This document shows, piece after piece, positions 20,615 to 30,187 of a stretch of 64,000 bases of DNA; position 1 is the stretch's first letter; every line of letters starts with the position of its first letter. The notes beneath the pieces were generated by a model. That model saw only the letters and a list, made by a program, of their open reading frames with translations. It was not told where the DNA came from and did not search any database. Position numbers and translations under genes: made by a program. The DNA is from a virus, in IMG/VR virus record IMGVR_UViG_3300025704_002294, positions 1 to 64,000 of that record; one strand, 5' to 3'.

Positions 20615-20866
20615 ATGAAAAAACAAGAGGAACTGTTAGTTATTACAATGGAAGAGTGTGCTGAACTTACTCAGGCATGTAGTAAACTAATCCGCTTTAA
20701 CGAATCATGTGATATAAAACAATTACAAGACGAAATTGGTGATGTTATGTGTATGATTGAAATTCTAAAAGATGGCGGTCTTGTTACTGATGAACAAATA
20801 CAAAGACGTATAGCAGTTAAAAAAGAAAAGTTAATGAAGTGGAGTTTATTGTTCCGTGAAGATTAA
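20615..20866 (+). CDS. MazG-like nucleotide pyrophosphohydrolase
   Basis: MEECAEL.QA.SK and DEIGDV. Confidence 0.75.
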   Translation: MKKQEELLVITMEECAELTQACSKLIRFNESCDIKQLQDEIGDVMCMIEILKDGGLVTDEQIQRRIAVKKEKLMKWSLLFRED

Positions 20867-21434
20867 TTTTGATGTAGACATCGATATGGCTAACCGAGAT
20901 GACTTTCTTGCATTAGTCAAGCATACACCTGCAAGTATTGAAAAGGATGGTAAGTTTACTAAACACAATACTGGTGTCTACTTTCAAAACATTCCTAAGT
21001 TTCCATTAGAAGGTTACAGCACAATAGATCACAAACAAGCAGAAGAAGAAGGTTGGTTTAAAGTTGACTTTCTCAACAATCACATATACAAAGATATTGT
21101 CGATGAAGAGCATTTAGAGAGACTTATAGAAACAGAGCCGATGTGGGAATTGTTTAGCCATAAAGAAATAGTAGAGCAACTGTTTCATATTGCAAAACAT
21201 TTTGAAATAGTAAAACAGCATCAACCTAAAAACATAGAACAATTAGCAATGATACTTGCAATGATACGACCAGGTAAAAGATATTTGGTTGGAAAGGATT
21301 GGAAGGATATTGAAAAAGAAGTTTGGGTAAAAACAGACGATTATTTTTTTAAGCAAAGCCATGCAATGGGTTATGCTTTAGCAATTATTGTTCAATTAAA
21401 TTTAATTGTAGAAAGCCTTAATCAGACTTCCTAA
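20856..21434 (+). CDS. Minimal DNA polymerase III alpha (DnaE)-like catalytic domain
   Basis: DVDID, HNTGVY, FKVDFL, AMIRPG and FKQSHAMGYA occur in DnaE order. Confidence 0.75.
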   Translation: MKINFDVDIDMANRDDFLALVKHTPASIEKDGKFTKHNTGVYFQNIPKFPLEGYSTIDHKQAEEEGWFKVDFLNNHIYKDIVDEEHLERLIETEPMWELFSHKEIVEQLFHIAKHFEIVKQHQPKNIEQLAMILAMIRPGKRYLVGKDWKDIEKEVWVKTDDYFFKQSHAMGYALAIIVQLNLIVESLNQTS

Positions 21435-21783
21435 CTAACTGTATTCCTCGTCTTTTAATTCTTTTCTTAAGAAGATTTTGTAAGGTAGTCATTGGCCCAA
21501 ACATGTGAGTAACATCTTTCATAATAAATGTTGTTAAGTAAGGGCGGAATAATTTCATTTCGTGATGCAGAAACACATCAATAGGCATCATTCTATTTGA
21601 TTCCCACCACCATGTGTCTCCTAGTTCTAATAGTATCCTGGTCTCGTCTAGGTTGCTTATTTTTTGTAAATCGTAAAATGTGATTATAGAGTTATCATAA
21701 TTTACAACAATGCCAAAATACTCTACTTCCCCATACTTCAGACCTGTTATAAAGGGAAATTTTTCTTGATACTTTTCTTGCAT
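21418..21783 (-). CDS. Conserved hypothetical protein (start revised to ATG 21783)
   Basis: MQEKYQEKFPF...WWWESNRMMPI; minus-strand TAAATA-N5-ATG. Confidence 0.7.
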   Translation of the reverse strand: MQEKYQEKFPFITGLKYGEVEYFGIVVNYDNSIITFYDLQKISNLDETRILLELGDTWWWESNRMMPIDVFLHHEMKLFRPYLTTFIMKDVTHMFGPMTTLQNLLKKRIKRRGIQLVRKSD

Positions 21784-21788
21784 AGTGA

Positions 21789-21813
21789 TATTTAGCATCT
21801 AGAAAGATAAATA
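21789..21813. promoter_or_regulatory. Back-to-back divergent late-type promoters
   Basis: TATTTA at 21789-21794 (minus) and TAAATA at 21808-21813 (plus). Confidence 0.6.
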
Positions 21814-21836
21814 CTAATACATAAAGGTTATAAAAC

Positions 21837-22637
21837 ATGAGCAACAGTAATCACAAATTATATATTTACGACGACCCAATTGATTTAGTGGTAACTGATG
21901 ACGCACTTTATTTGGACAACAGACCTATGAACAATAGAAAATTAAAAGCATATAAAGGATTTAGTAACGAACTTACTTTTAATATACGCGATAGAGATAG
22001 AAAACTACAAAACGTTTTTAGTGATACTCTGTGGGCACACATTTACAACCCGCAAACTAAAAAAAGGCTACTTTCAAGACGATGCGAAGATACAAGTAGT
22101 ATCGGAATTACTAAGTTATATTTAAATGAAGGTGACTTGACTAATATAAGCGAAGGTTTATATAAAATATATATTACTAAAGATTCTGCAGAAACTAAAA
22201 ACATGCCTATATATACAAGCCAAGATTATGATGTATCAATGGATATAGAAATACTTGCAGATGGAGTAATAGAGCCAATTGCTACACAAGAAGCCAATGT
22301 ATTTACGCAAGTCGCAAATACAATGTTAGGCGATAGTGCAAATATCTTTACAACTAGTTCTATGTATGGTAATCATGATAGAAATTTCTCAGATGCAAGA
22401 CATTCTGTAGCAATTTATCCTGCAACTTTTACAGGTAATGTATTAATACAAGGAAGCATTTTAGAAAATACACCAAGCAATGACGATGCTAGTAAAGATT
22501 GGTTTAATATTTCTAATGTTGCATTTACATCTACAAGTAACTTAAATCATCAAACATTTACAGTTAATGCTAATTGGATTAGATGCTTAACATACCCAAC
22601 TTCCGGTTCAATTACTAAGATTCTTGTAAGAAATTAA
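21837..22637 (+). CDS. Probable virion structural protein
   Basis: Late motif upstream; beta-rich, T/S/N-rich C-terminal domain. Confidence 0.55.
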   Translation: MSNSNHKLYIYDDPIDLVVTDDALYLDNRPMNNRKLKAYKGFSNELTFNIRDRDRKLQNVFSDTLWAHIYNPQTKKRLLSRRCEDTSSIGITKLYLNEGDLTNISEGLYKIYITKDSAETKNMPIYTSQDYDVSMDIEILADGVIEPIATQEANVFTQVANTMLGDSANIFTTSSMYGNHDRNFSDARHSVAIYPATFTGNVLIQGSILENTPSNDDASKDWFNISNVAFTSTSNLNHQTFTVNANWIRCLTYPTSGSITKILVRN

Positions 22638-22638
22638 C

Positions 22639-22666
22639 TTGACATATTAAATATATCCTGTATAAT
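22639..22666 (+). promoter_or_regulatory. Sigma70-type promoter of primase (near-leaderless)
   Basis: TTGACA-16-TATAAT, then 6 nt to ATG 22673 with no SD. Confidence 0.6.
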
Positions 22667-22672
22667 AAACTT

Positions 22673-23650
22673 ATGGATATAGACTCTCTAGTAGAACAAG
22701 TGCATAAACTTGTCTTCGATCATTTACCTGTTAATACAAGTAGAACTCCTAGTGGTTGGACTACATTAAACTGTCCTATGTGTAGCGACAATAGAAAAAG
22801 AGGCGGCATCATAACTAGCGGTCCTAAAATATCTTTTAACTGTTTTAACTGTGGCTATAAAACAGGTTGGGCACCGAATCCACATCTAGGTGGAAAATTT
22901 AAAGAATTAGTAACAACACTCGGAGTAGATCAATCAGAACTACATAAGTTACAGGTAGAACTTCTAAAAAATCAAGAATTATTAGAAGAACAAGATACAA
23001 CAGAATATGTTTACTCATTATCAAAATTTAAAAAAGTAGATTTACCTGAGAATGTAATAGCAGTCGAAGACTTACCAAATGATCATGCTGTAAAGAAATA
23101 CGCAATCCAAAGGGAACTATACGGTCTATATCCATTGCTGTATTTTAATGACACATTATATAAGCAAAGATTAGTAGTTCCTTTTTCGTATAATGGTGAA
23201 CTTGTTGGCTGGACTGCAAGACATGTAAACCCTCCGTCAAAGCAAACTGCAAAATACTTACACAACATGCAACCTGGTTTTGTATTTAATGTAGATAGAT
23301 TTGCTGACAGCAAAAGAGAAGTTGTAATTGTTACAGAAGGAACATTCGACGCAATACTTATAGACGGAGTATCTATACAAGGTAATAGTGTTGGCCCAGA
23401 GCAGGCACAACTAATAGAAAAGTTAGGGCAAAGAATTATATTATGCCCAGACAGAGATGATGCTGGTAAAGATCTTATAGAACAAGCATTGGCATTAGAT
23501 TGGGAAGTAAGTTTTCCTCCGTGGCATGCAGAAATAAAAGACGCCGCAGATGCCGTTTTAAAATATGGAAGGCTGGCCACAGTATCAAGTATCATTAAAC
23601 ATGCAACTAGCAACAAGATAAAGGCACGAGTAAAGGGTAAAATGCTATGA
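22673..23650 (+). CDS. DNA primase (T4 gp61/DnaG-like)
   Basis: CPMC...CFNC Zn ribbon; TOPRIM motifs VTEGTFDA and PDRDDAG. Confidence 0.9.
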   Translation: MDIDSLVEQVHKLVFDHLPVNTSRTPSGWTTLNCPMCSDNRKRGGIITSGPKISFNCFNCGYKTGWAPNPHLGGKFKELVTTLGVDQSELHKLQVELLKNQELLEEQDTTEYVYSLSKFKKVDLPENVIAVEDLPNDHAVKKYAIQRELYGLYPLLYFNDTLYKQRLVVPFSYNGELVGWTARHVNPPSKQTAKYLHNMQPGFVFNVDRFADSKREVVIVTEGTFDAILIDGVSIQGNSVGPEQAQLIEKLGQRIILCPDRDDAGKDLIEQALALDWEVSFPPWHAEIKDAADAVLKYGRLATVSSIIKHATSNKIKARVKGKML

Positions 23651-24363
23651 TCGTATATGTAAACGGATGTAGTTTCTCTCATGGACATAATGCCCTCATA
23701 GAACGTGGCGGGATTTCTTGGCCATGGCATCTGAGTAACGATGGATATCGTGTTGAAAATGAGTCTTTATCAGGAGGAAGTTCACACAGATCATTGCGTA
23801 TGTGTATGAATAGAGCAATGCGTCATGGACAGAAAAATCAAGAAGTAGATATTATAATCTGTCAGTTGTCTAATCCGCATAGAGGAGAATTTTTTCATCA
23901 AGATCTAGGCATGTATATAAACTATGTCCCTAATAGGTTTATTTTAGGTGAAGAAGAAATAAAAGTTTTCAAACAGCAAGGGTTTACAACAAGAAAAGAC
24001 CAAACATTTTTTAATGATAAGGGAGAATCTATAGAAGATGTATATTTTCATAAAAATATTGTATGGCATAATACAGTAATTGTGCCTGAGTGGCAAAGAC
24101 AAATTGAAATATTAGCATTATGTAATAACTTAGAAAAGTTATGCAAAATAAAAGGTATAAAACTTTTGTTTACAGCAATGAGTTCAATTTGTGTTCCGTC
24201 TCATCATGGTGATATGACGTTAATGCCCTACATTACAAAACCTATGAGCCATATTGTAGGTAGAACAGGGCCACTAGTTGAAAGTGCAGAAGACAACCAT
24301 CCAAACGAAGATGGGCATTATGAAATTTATAGATATATATTAAGTGAGTTGAAGAAATTATGA
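23647..24363 (+). CDS. SGNH-like hydrolase-fold protein
   Basis: YVNGCSFS, N.S.SGGS and NHPNEDGH. Confidence 0.55.
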   Translation: MIVYVNGCSFSHGHNALIERGGISWPWHLSNDGYRVENESLSGGSSHRSLRMCMNRAMRHGQKNQEVDIIICQLSNPHRGEFFHQDLGMYINYVPNRFILGEEEIKVFKQQGFTTRKDQTFFNDKGESIEDVYFHKNIVWHNTVIVPEWQRQIEILALCNNLEKLCKIKGIKLLFTAMSSICVPSHHGDMTLMPYITKPMSHIVGRTGPLVESAEDNHPNEDGHYEIYRYILSELKKL

Positions 24364-25742
24364 GCGATATAAAAAATTACAACGAAGAAACACAAGAACT
24401 GTTTTTAAGATTCTTATTAAGTGATGCAGACTTGTTTGCAAGGTGCCAAAGCATCGTGCAACCTGAGTATTTTAATTTAAAATACAGGTCAGCAGTAGAT
24501 CTTTTTAAGAGCCATAGCGAAAAACATAATTCAATTCCAACTCCAGAACAAGTAAGTGCTGTAGCAGGCATACAACTAGAGCCTATTCCCAATGTTACGG
24601 TCGATCATCACAATTGGTTTATGAATGAATTTGAAACTTTTTGTAGACATAAAGCATTAGAAAAAGCAATTATTGAAAGCACAGATTTATTAGAGAATCA
24701 AGACTATGGAACTGTAGAAAATAAAATTAAAGAAGCAAGCCAAGTAGGCCTAGTTAAAGATTTAGGATTAGAGTATTTTGAAGATCCAAAGGCAAGACTA
24801 CAATGGATCAAGGAACAAGCAGGTGCAATAAGCACAGGCTGGAAAGGAATAGATCACAAACTGTATGGCGGACTTAATCGAGGAGAGATCACTATCTTTG
24901 CAGGTGGTTCAGGTGCAGGTAAAAGTTTATTCTTACAGAATTTTGCAGTAAATTGGGCACTTGCAGGAATGAATGTTGCTTATATTAGTTTAGAACTTAG
25001 TGAACAGTTAATAAGTATGCGTCTAGATGCAATGGTCAGTGGATATAGCACAAAAGATGTTATGCGTAATATGGATGATGTGGACTTAAAAGTGCGTATG
25101 AAAGCCAAAGGTGCTGGTAGGCTTAGAGTAAAACAAATGTCCAATGGTGTTAATTGTAATGATCTAAGAGTATTTTTACGAGAATATGAAATTGCTAGTG
25201 GAGAAAAGATCGATTGCTTACTTGTTGACTATTTAGATCTTATGATGCCTATTAGTAATAAAGTAAGTGGCAGTGATTTGTTTATTAAAGACAAATATGT
25301 ATCTGAAGAGTTGCGTAACTTAGCAATGGAAAGAGATTTGCTAATGGTAACAGCATCGCAGTTAAACAGAGGTGCAGTAGAAGAAATAGAATTTGATCAC
25401 CATCATATTGCAGGTGGTATTAGTAAAATACAAACAGCAGATAATGTTGTAGGTATTTTCACAAGTAATGCTATGAGAGAACGTGGTAGATATCAAATAC
25501 AGTTTATGAAAACAAGAAGTAGTAGTGGTGTAGGCAGTAAAGTAGACTTAAAGTTTTGTCCAGATACATTGCGTATTGAAGATCTAGAAGAAGGCGATGA
25601 AGATGCAATGACAATGACTACAACAGGATTGGTAGATCAATTAAAACGCAGTAACTCTATTAAAGCAGATGAAGAAGAACCTAAGAGCACAATTGACCAA
25701 GCACTTAACATGCACGAATTCTTAAAAAAGAACGACTTCTAA
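24360..25742 (+). CDS. Replicative DnaB-like helicase (T4 gp41-like)
   Basis: GGSGAGKS, SLEL, VDYLDLM, TASQLNR and MKTRSS. Confidence 0.93.
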   Translation: MSDIKNYNEETQELFLRFLLSDADLFARCQSIVQPEYFNLKYRSAVDLFKSHSEKHNSIPTPEQVSAVAGIQLEPIPNVTVDHHNWFMNEFETFCRHKALEKAIIESTDLLENQDYGTVENKIKEASQVGLVKDLGLEYFEDPKARLQWIKEQAGAISTGWKGIDHKLYGGLNRGEITIFAGGSGAGKSLFLQNFAVNWALAGMNVAYISLELSEQLISMRLDAMVSGYSTKDVMRNMDDVDLKVRMKAKGAGRLRVKQMSNGVNCNDLRVFLREYEIASGEKIDCLLVDYLDLMMPISNKVSGSDLFIKDKYVSEELRNLAMERDLLMVTASQLNRGAVEEIEFDHHHIAGGISKIQTADNVVGIFTSNAMRERGRYQIQFMKTRSSSGVGSKVDLKFCPDTLRIEDLEEGDEDAMTMTTTGLVDQLKRSNSIKADEEEPKSTIDQALNMHEFLKKNDF

Positions 25743-25781
25743 TGATAAATAGTAGTAAAGTATAACACCACTGGAGATATT

Positions 25782-26051
25782 GTGGCCAAGCATAGAAGCA
25801 TATTAGAAGAATTGAATAAAATTTCAGTCGACAAAAGCAAAGATTACGTTGTTGAAAACCGTGCAGAGCATGTTATAGCAAGTGCTATCAACTTGTTAGA
25901 GCAAATCGACAGAAACTATACATTAGAAGAATCAAAGAACTTAACTAATAGGCTTATAAACAGCATAAAGCACCGTGACCCTTCAAAGTTTTCCAGAGGT
26001 ATTAAAAAGATTATCAAGGAAAATTTGAAGGAGCAATCGAGTGAAGATTGA
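25782..26051 (+). CDS. Conserved hypothetical protein
   Basis: TAAATA at 25746 and GGAG SD before a GTG start. Confidence 0.65.
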   Translation: MAKHRSILEELNKISVDKSKDYVVENRAEHVIASAINLLEQIDRNYTLEESKNLTNRLINSIKHRDPSKFSRGIKKIIKENLKEQSSED

Positions 26052-27801
26052 TCACTTAGTATTAAAAGAAGACAAAAGAGGCCAACAGTATAAAGTTGAG
26101 TTTAAAACCAATCCTACCACTGGTAAAAAGGGTTATAGGTATTTTTATATAGATCAAGAGACTCAAGATTGGACTCCAATACCTGATAATCATCCTTTTT
26201 ATCAAATAAAAAGAGGAACAAGAGAACAACTTATAAAGCGGAAGCCTAACGAAAAAAATAATCCATGGATTGGAAATGCAGAGATCCGAAATATAAATGG
26301 AACAAATAAAAGTGACGGGACTGCAGAATACGATTTAAAAACTAATGGTTGGAACATTAAGGATTATCCTGCAGGACAAGGAGATATGGAAGGGAAGCCA
26401 CTTACAGGATTAACACTACAAAGTGTTTGGAATCAACTAGGTGTGGGCATTGGTGGAACTACTAAAACTTTAGATATCAAAAAAAACAAACTTACCGGAA
26501 AGCATGGCAAAATTAATAGTTATTTTACTGGAGCGTCAGGTGGTTATGCACAGACAACTAGAAAAGATGCATCTAAATCAGCATTAAATAAATTATTTGT
26601 TGCAGGAGGAGTTGCGGCAATGGATAAATTAGGTATGTATGGTAACCCTAATATTCAAAGACAAATAGCACTTGAACCTGAACTTAAAAACATATTAGAT
26701 AAACAAGTTAAACTTGGCTTAGGCCCATTATTGCTACAATACTTAAAGAAAGTAGATGTAATTTTACGAAACTCAAAGGTAAAAATGCAACAAGTTGCTC
26801 AAGAATCTATTTCTGAAGCACCTAAACAAGATTTCTTACCATCAGATGAAGAGTATGACGATGATTTTATACCTATGCCGGATGAAGAGACTGAAGAACC
26901 AGAGCAATCACAAATAGAAAAAGAACAAAACGAAATTGCGGCTCAGGCTCTAAAACAAATAAATGATGAACTAGATGCTATTGCTAGAAGCGGATGGAAA
27001 GATGCGACTGGAACCCCAATTGGTGTTAATAGTCAAGACACAATTGTGCTGTGGAAATCAATAGTTGATAAAGGACAATATGTGCCTGCAGTTAGATATC
27101 TTTCTAAAGTAGTTCCACAGTATAACCAAAAAGCAATGGATTTAGCGGCACTTAGTAAAGCAGACTATTTTGCAGATAAAGAAATTAGAGACGAATTTCT
27201 ACAAAAACTTAGTCCGGAAGAATTTGACGATTATAAAAAATTAACAAAATCACAAGCAGATAAAAAATATGGCGAAAAGTTAGGTGATATTAAAAGTTTC
27301 CAGAAATGGAAAGCAGAAAAAATTGGCGACAATACATTACCAAGAGATCGACAATATAAGTTTTATAATCCAAAATATGATGATAAGGAGCCTGGTGATA
27401 GAGCATTCCGACCAAATAAAGATCAAAAACAACAACAGCAACAAACTGATGATGCCTTTAAGGCGAACTTTCAAAATAAACTAGATTATGCTAAAGCAAA
27501 AAAATTCGACCAAGAACAATTTCTCCCAAGCGATGGAGATCAAATGGATCAAGCACCTTTTCCATCATTTAATGATTGGATAAAGTTAGCATCAGTTAAT
27601 TTGAATCCAGGTTCAACAGTTAATTTTATATCTAAGCATGAAACATCAAAAGGTAAAAGAATTACAGCAATAGTTCAGCCTAAACCAACAAACTGGAATT
27701 ATGGTATTGGTTTTGAATATGTAAAATCTATAAAAACTAAAGACAATCCTAATCCTGGCCCTAATCCTTATCCTATTGCAAAACATAGGTTTATCAAATG
27801 A
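26041..27801 (+). CDS. Modular hypothetical protein with CTS-like N-terminus
   Basis: Starts MKIDHLVLKE; GGAG SD; internal ISE boundary followed by an acidic linker. Confidence 0.55.
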   Translation: MKIDHLVLKEDKRGQQYKVEFKTNPTTGKKGYRYFYIDQETQDWTPIPDNHPFYQIKRGTREQLIKRKPNEKNNPWIGNAEIRNINGTNKSDGTAEYDLKTNGWNIKDYPAGQGDMEGKPLTGLTLQSVWNQLGVGIGGTTKTLDIKKNKLTGKHGKINSYFTGASGGYAQTTRKDASKSALNKLFVAGGVAAMDKLGMYGNPNIQRQIALEPELKNILDKQVKLGLGPLLLQYLKKVDVILRNSKVKMQQVAQESISEAPKQDFLPSDEEYDDDFIPMPDEETEEPEQSQIEKEQNEIAAQALKQINDELDAIARSGWKDATGTPIGVNSQDTIVLWKSIVDKGQYVPAVRYLSKVVPQYNQKAMDLAALSKADYFADKEIRDEFLQKLSPEEFDDYKKLTKSQADKKYGEKLGDIKSFQKWKAEKIGDNTLPRDRQYKFYNPKYDDKEPGDRAFRPNKDQKQQQQQTDDAFKANFQNKLDYAKAKKFDQEQFLPSDGDQMDQAPFPSFNDWIKLASVNLNPGSTVNFISKHETSKGKRITAIVQPKPTNWNYGIGFEYVKSIKTKDNPNPGPNPYPIAKHRFIK

Positions 27802-29054
27802 GAATCAATGAAGTATTAAAATTTTCAATACAGAAAATTATCTGCGAAGCAGATGGTAAAAATACTCATTTAGAACATCTAGAAGATCATATTTTTAATC
27901 AGGGATACAAAGGAGCCAAAGAAGCAGTAAATTATCTATACAGTTTATATGAAATGCTGGAAGGAAATGCAGATGCACCAGTATCAATGACAACTAAATG
28001 GGATGGTGCTCCGGCAATTATTGCAGGTAGAGATCCAGCAACTGGTAAATTTTTTGTGGGCACCAAAGGTGTGTTTGCAAAAAATCCTAAAATGAATTTT
28101 ACAGATCAAGATATAGAAGAAAATCATCCTGCAGAAGGATTACAACAAAAACTTAAAGTTGCACTAAAATACTTAAAAGGACTTAATTGGAATACAGTTG
28201 CACAAGGCGACATGTTGTTTACTAAAGAAGATATACAGGAAACAACTATAGACGGCGAGCAAGTTTTAGTATTTAAGCCTAACACTATTGTATATGCAAC
28301 ACCAACAGATTCAGAACTGGCAAGTAAGATTAAAAGTGCTGAAATAGGAATTGTGTGGCATACCGAGTATATAGGTGGTCCAACACTTGCAGATGTTAGA
28401 GCAAAATTTGGTTTTGATAGTAGTGTTTTAGGAAATACTTCCAAGGTCTGGCACAGAGATGCAATTATACAAGATCTAAGTGGCACAGTTACATTTACAA
28501 AAGAAGAAAGTAACAATGTAATGAGTGCTATTAGTGATGCAGATTCTTATCTAAAGAAGATAGATGCTAATACATTTAAGTGGTTAGATCAAGGCAATGA
28601 TTTAATAGGCAAAGACTTCTTACAACAATTAAAAGCACATGTAAACAATAACATCAGAGCAGGTGCATTTGATGAACCTACAAAATTTGCACAAAATTTT
28701 GTGCAAAAATACACAGACTTTATGCAAAAGAAAATAGATGGTTACAAAACAGCAAAGAAACAAGACGAAGCAACAGAACTTTTAGTAAAAGGTGTTAGAT
28801 TTATTAAAGAAAATGCAATTCAAGTTGTTGCTGTATATGATTTATATTTGAAACTAATAGAAGCAAAAGTAAGAATTATTAAAAAGTTGGAACAAATTAG
28901 CCAAATTCCAACATTCAAAGAAACAGAAAGTGGATACGAAGTAACCGGGGAAGAAGGTTTTGTTGCTGTAGATAGAAACGGTAACGCAGTTAAATTAGTA
29001 GACAGGCTGGAGTTTAGTAGACTAAACTTTGGCACAGGAGCACCTGGGGCATGA
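27798..29054 (+). CDS. RNA/DNA-ligase-type nucleotidyltransferase-like protein (DUF6267-like)
   Basis: TKWDG (motif I KxDG), QGDML, EGFV (motif IV) and VKLVDR (motif V); CTS-like MRINEV...IICE. Confidence 0.6.
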   Translation: MRINEVLKFSIQKIICEADGKNTHLEHLEDHIFNQGYKGAKEAVNYLYSLYEMLEGNADAPVSMTTKWDGAPAIIAGRDPATGKFFVGTKGVFAKNPKMNFTDQDIEENHPAEGLQQKLKVALKYLKGLNWNTVAQGDMLFTKEDIQETTIDGEQVLVFKPNTIVYATPTDSELASKIKSAEIGIVWHTEYIGGPTLADVRAKFGFDSSVLGNTSKVWHRDAIIQDLSGTVTFTKEESNNVMSAISDADSYLKKIDANTFKWLDQGNDLIGKDFLQQLKAHVNNNIRAGAFDEPTKFAQNFVQKYTDFMQKKIDGYKTAKKQDEATELLVKGVRFIKENAIQVVAVYDLYLKLIEAKVRIIKKLEQISQIPTFKETESGYEVTGEEGFVAVDRNGNAVKLVDRLEFSRLNFGTGAPGA

Positions 29055-30187
29055 TGAATACTATGACATTAGATCAGATGATATCAAAGTTAAAAAAAGA
29101 TATGGATAAAACTGGAACTGGTAATAATTTTCATCCAGATTGGCTTGGCTGGGTAAGTCAAAATAAAGTTTTTAAATTAAAAAATATTAATATAGACTCT
29201 GTATCTCCTGCAGATGGTTGGCAAGGAAATAAAGATAACATAGATAACATGTTTACGAGTAATTTAAGTGATGCTCCTATCATTGTAGTTCATAAAAATG
29301 GCGGCATTATTGATGGCAATCATAGACATCAAGCATTAAAGAAACAAGGTGCTAAAACAATACAAGCCTATGTGGGCGAAGGTAAAATGGATTTAACATT
29401 AGTAAATCAAGAAATATCAGAAGCAAGGTTGTATAGAACAACCAATGGCTTTAAAAATCTAACAGGTCGCGACATAGCAAACCTTTTATATCTACATACA
29501 TTATCTTTATACATGATGTTACAAGACGACAGCAGTGAAAAATATGCAGTTGCATACGCAAAGCAAACATCACAGTATGGGTATTTTTCTTTGATGCGAA
29601 CACATGGCACTGACATTTACATGTTAGCATACGCAACTAAGAATCCAGATAACAGATATATTTCGTTTAAGAATAATAGACAAAGCAGAGAGTTCTTAGA
29701 CAAATTAAGATTTAACGAAAGACAGTTTCATGCCTTTATATCAAAAATGGGCAGACGTGCAGATAAAAGAAATGAAGCACTATCTTTCTTTATGCGATTA
29801 GAAAATCAATTGAAAATTACAGATTCTAGATATAAAAGTTATAGACGAATGGTGCTAAGTTGGGGCAAATTAAGATATAGTTCAAAACAACTAGTATTAA
29901 CAAAACTTACCCAAGAAATTAGACGTTTAGGAAGAGGAAGCGAACTAATGACTCCTATGAGTAATATGGTTAAAGATCGTGGATTAAAAGTTTCTTCAGA
30001 CTATAAAGAACCTAGAACTAGTTTAACTAGAAGAGTTGCAACAGCGGCCGCAGGTGCAGTAGCAGGAAGATATCTAGGAAAGAAAATTGCACAGAAGACA
30101 GGAGCCAATGTTGATAAATATAAGAAAGCAGGAACAGGAATCGGTGCAATAGCAGGTTACTGGGCAGGTGGACGTAATAAGCAATGA
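29051..30187 (+). CDS. ParB/Srx-like domain fused to a conserved phage protein
   Basis: PIIVV...IIDGNHRHQA; second module MDLTLVNQEISEARLYR starts at ATG 29387; glycine-zipper C-terminus. Confidence 0.6.
   Translation: MMNTMTLDQMISKLKKDMDKTGTGNNFHPDWLGWVSQNKVFKLKNINIDSVSPADGWQGNKDNIDNMFTSNLSDAPIIVVHKNGGIIDGNHRHQALKKQGAKTIQAYVGEGKMDLTLVNQEISEARLYRTTNGFKNLTGRDIANLLYLHTLSLYMMLQDDSSEKYAVAYAKQTSQYGYFSLMRTHGTDIYMLAYATKNPDNRYISFKNNRQSREFLDKLRFNERQFHAFISKMGRRADKRNEALSFFMRLENQLKITDSRYKSYRRMVLSWGKLRYSSKQLVLTKLTQEIRRLGRGSELMTPMSNMVKDRGLKVSSDYKEPRTSLTRRVATAAAGAVAGRYLGKKIAQKTGANVDKYKKAGTGIGAIAGYWAGGRNKQ

Noticed and set aside
20856-21434. dnaE pseudogene
   Set aside because: The ORF is intact and coupled to the upstream gene, and it keeps motifs from distant parts of DnaE, which is not the pattern of random decay.
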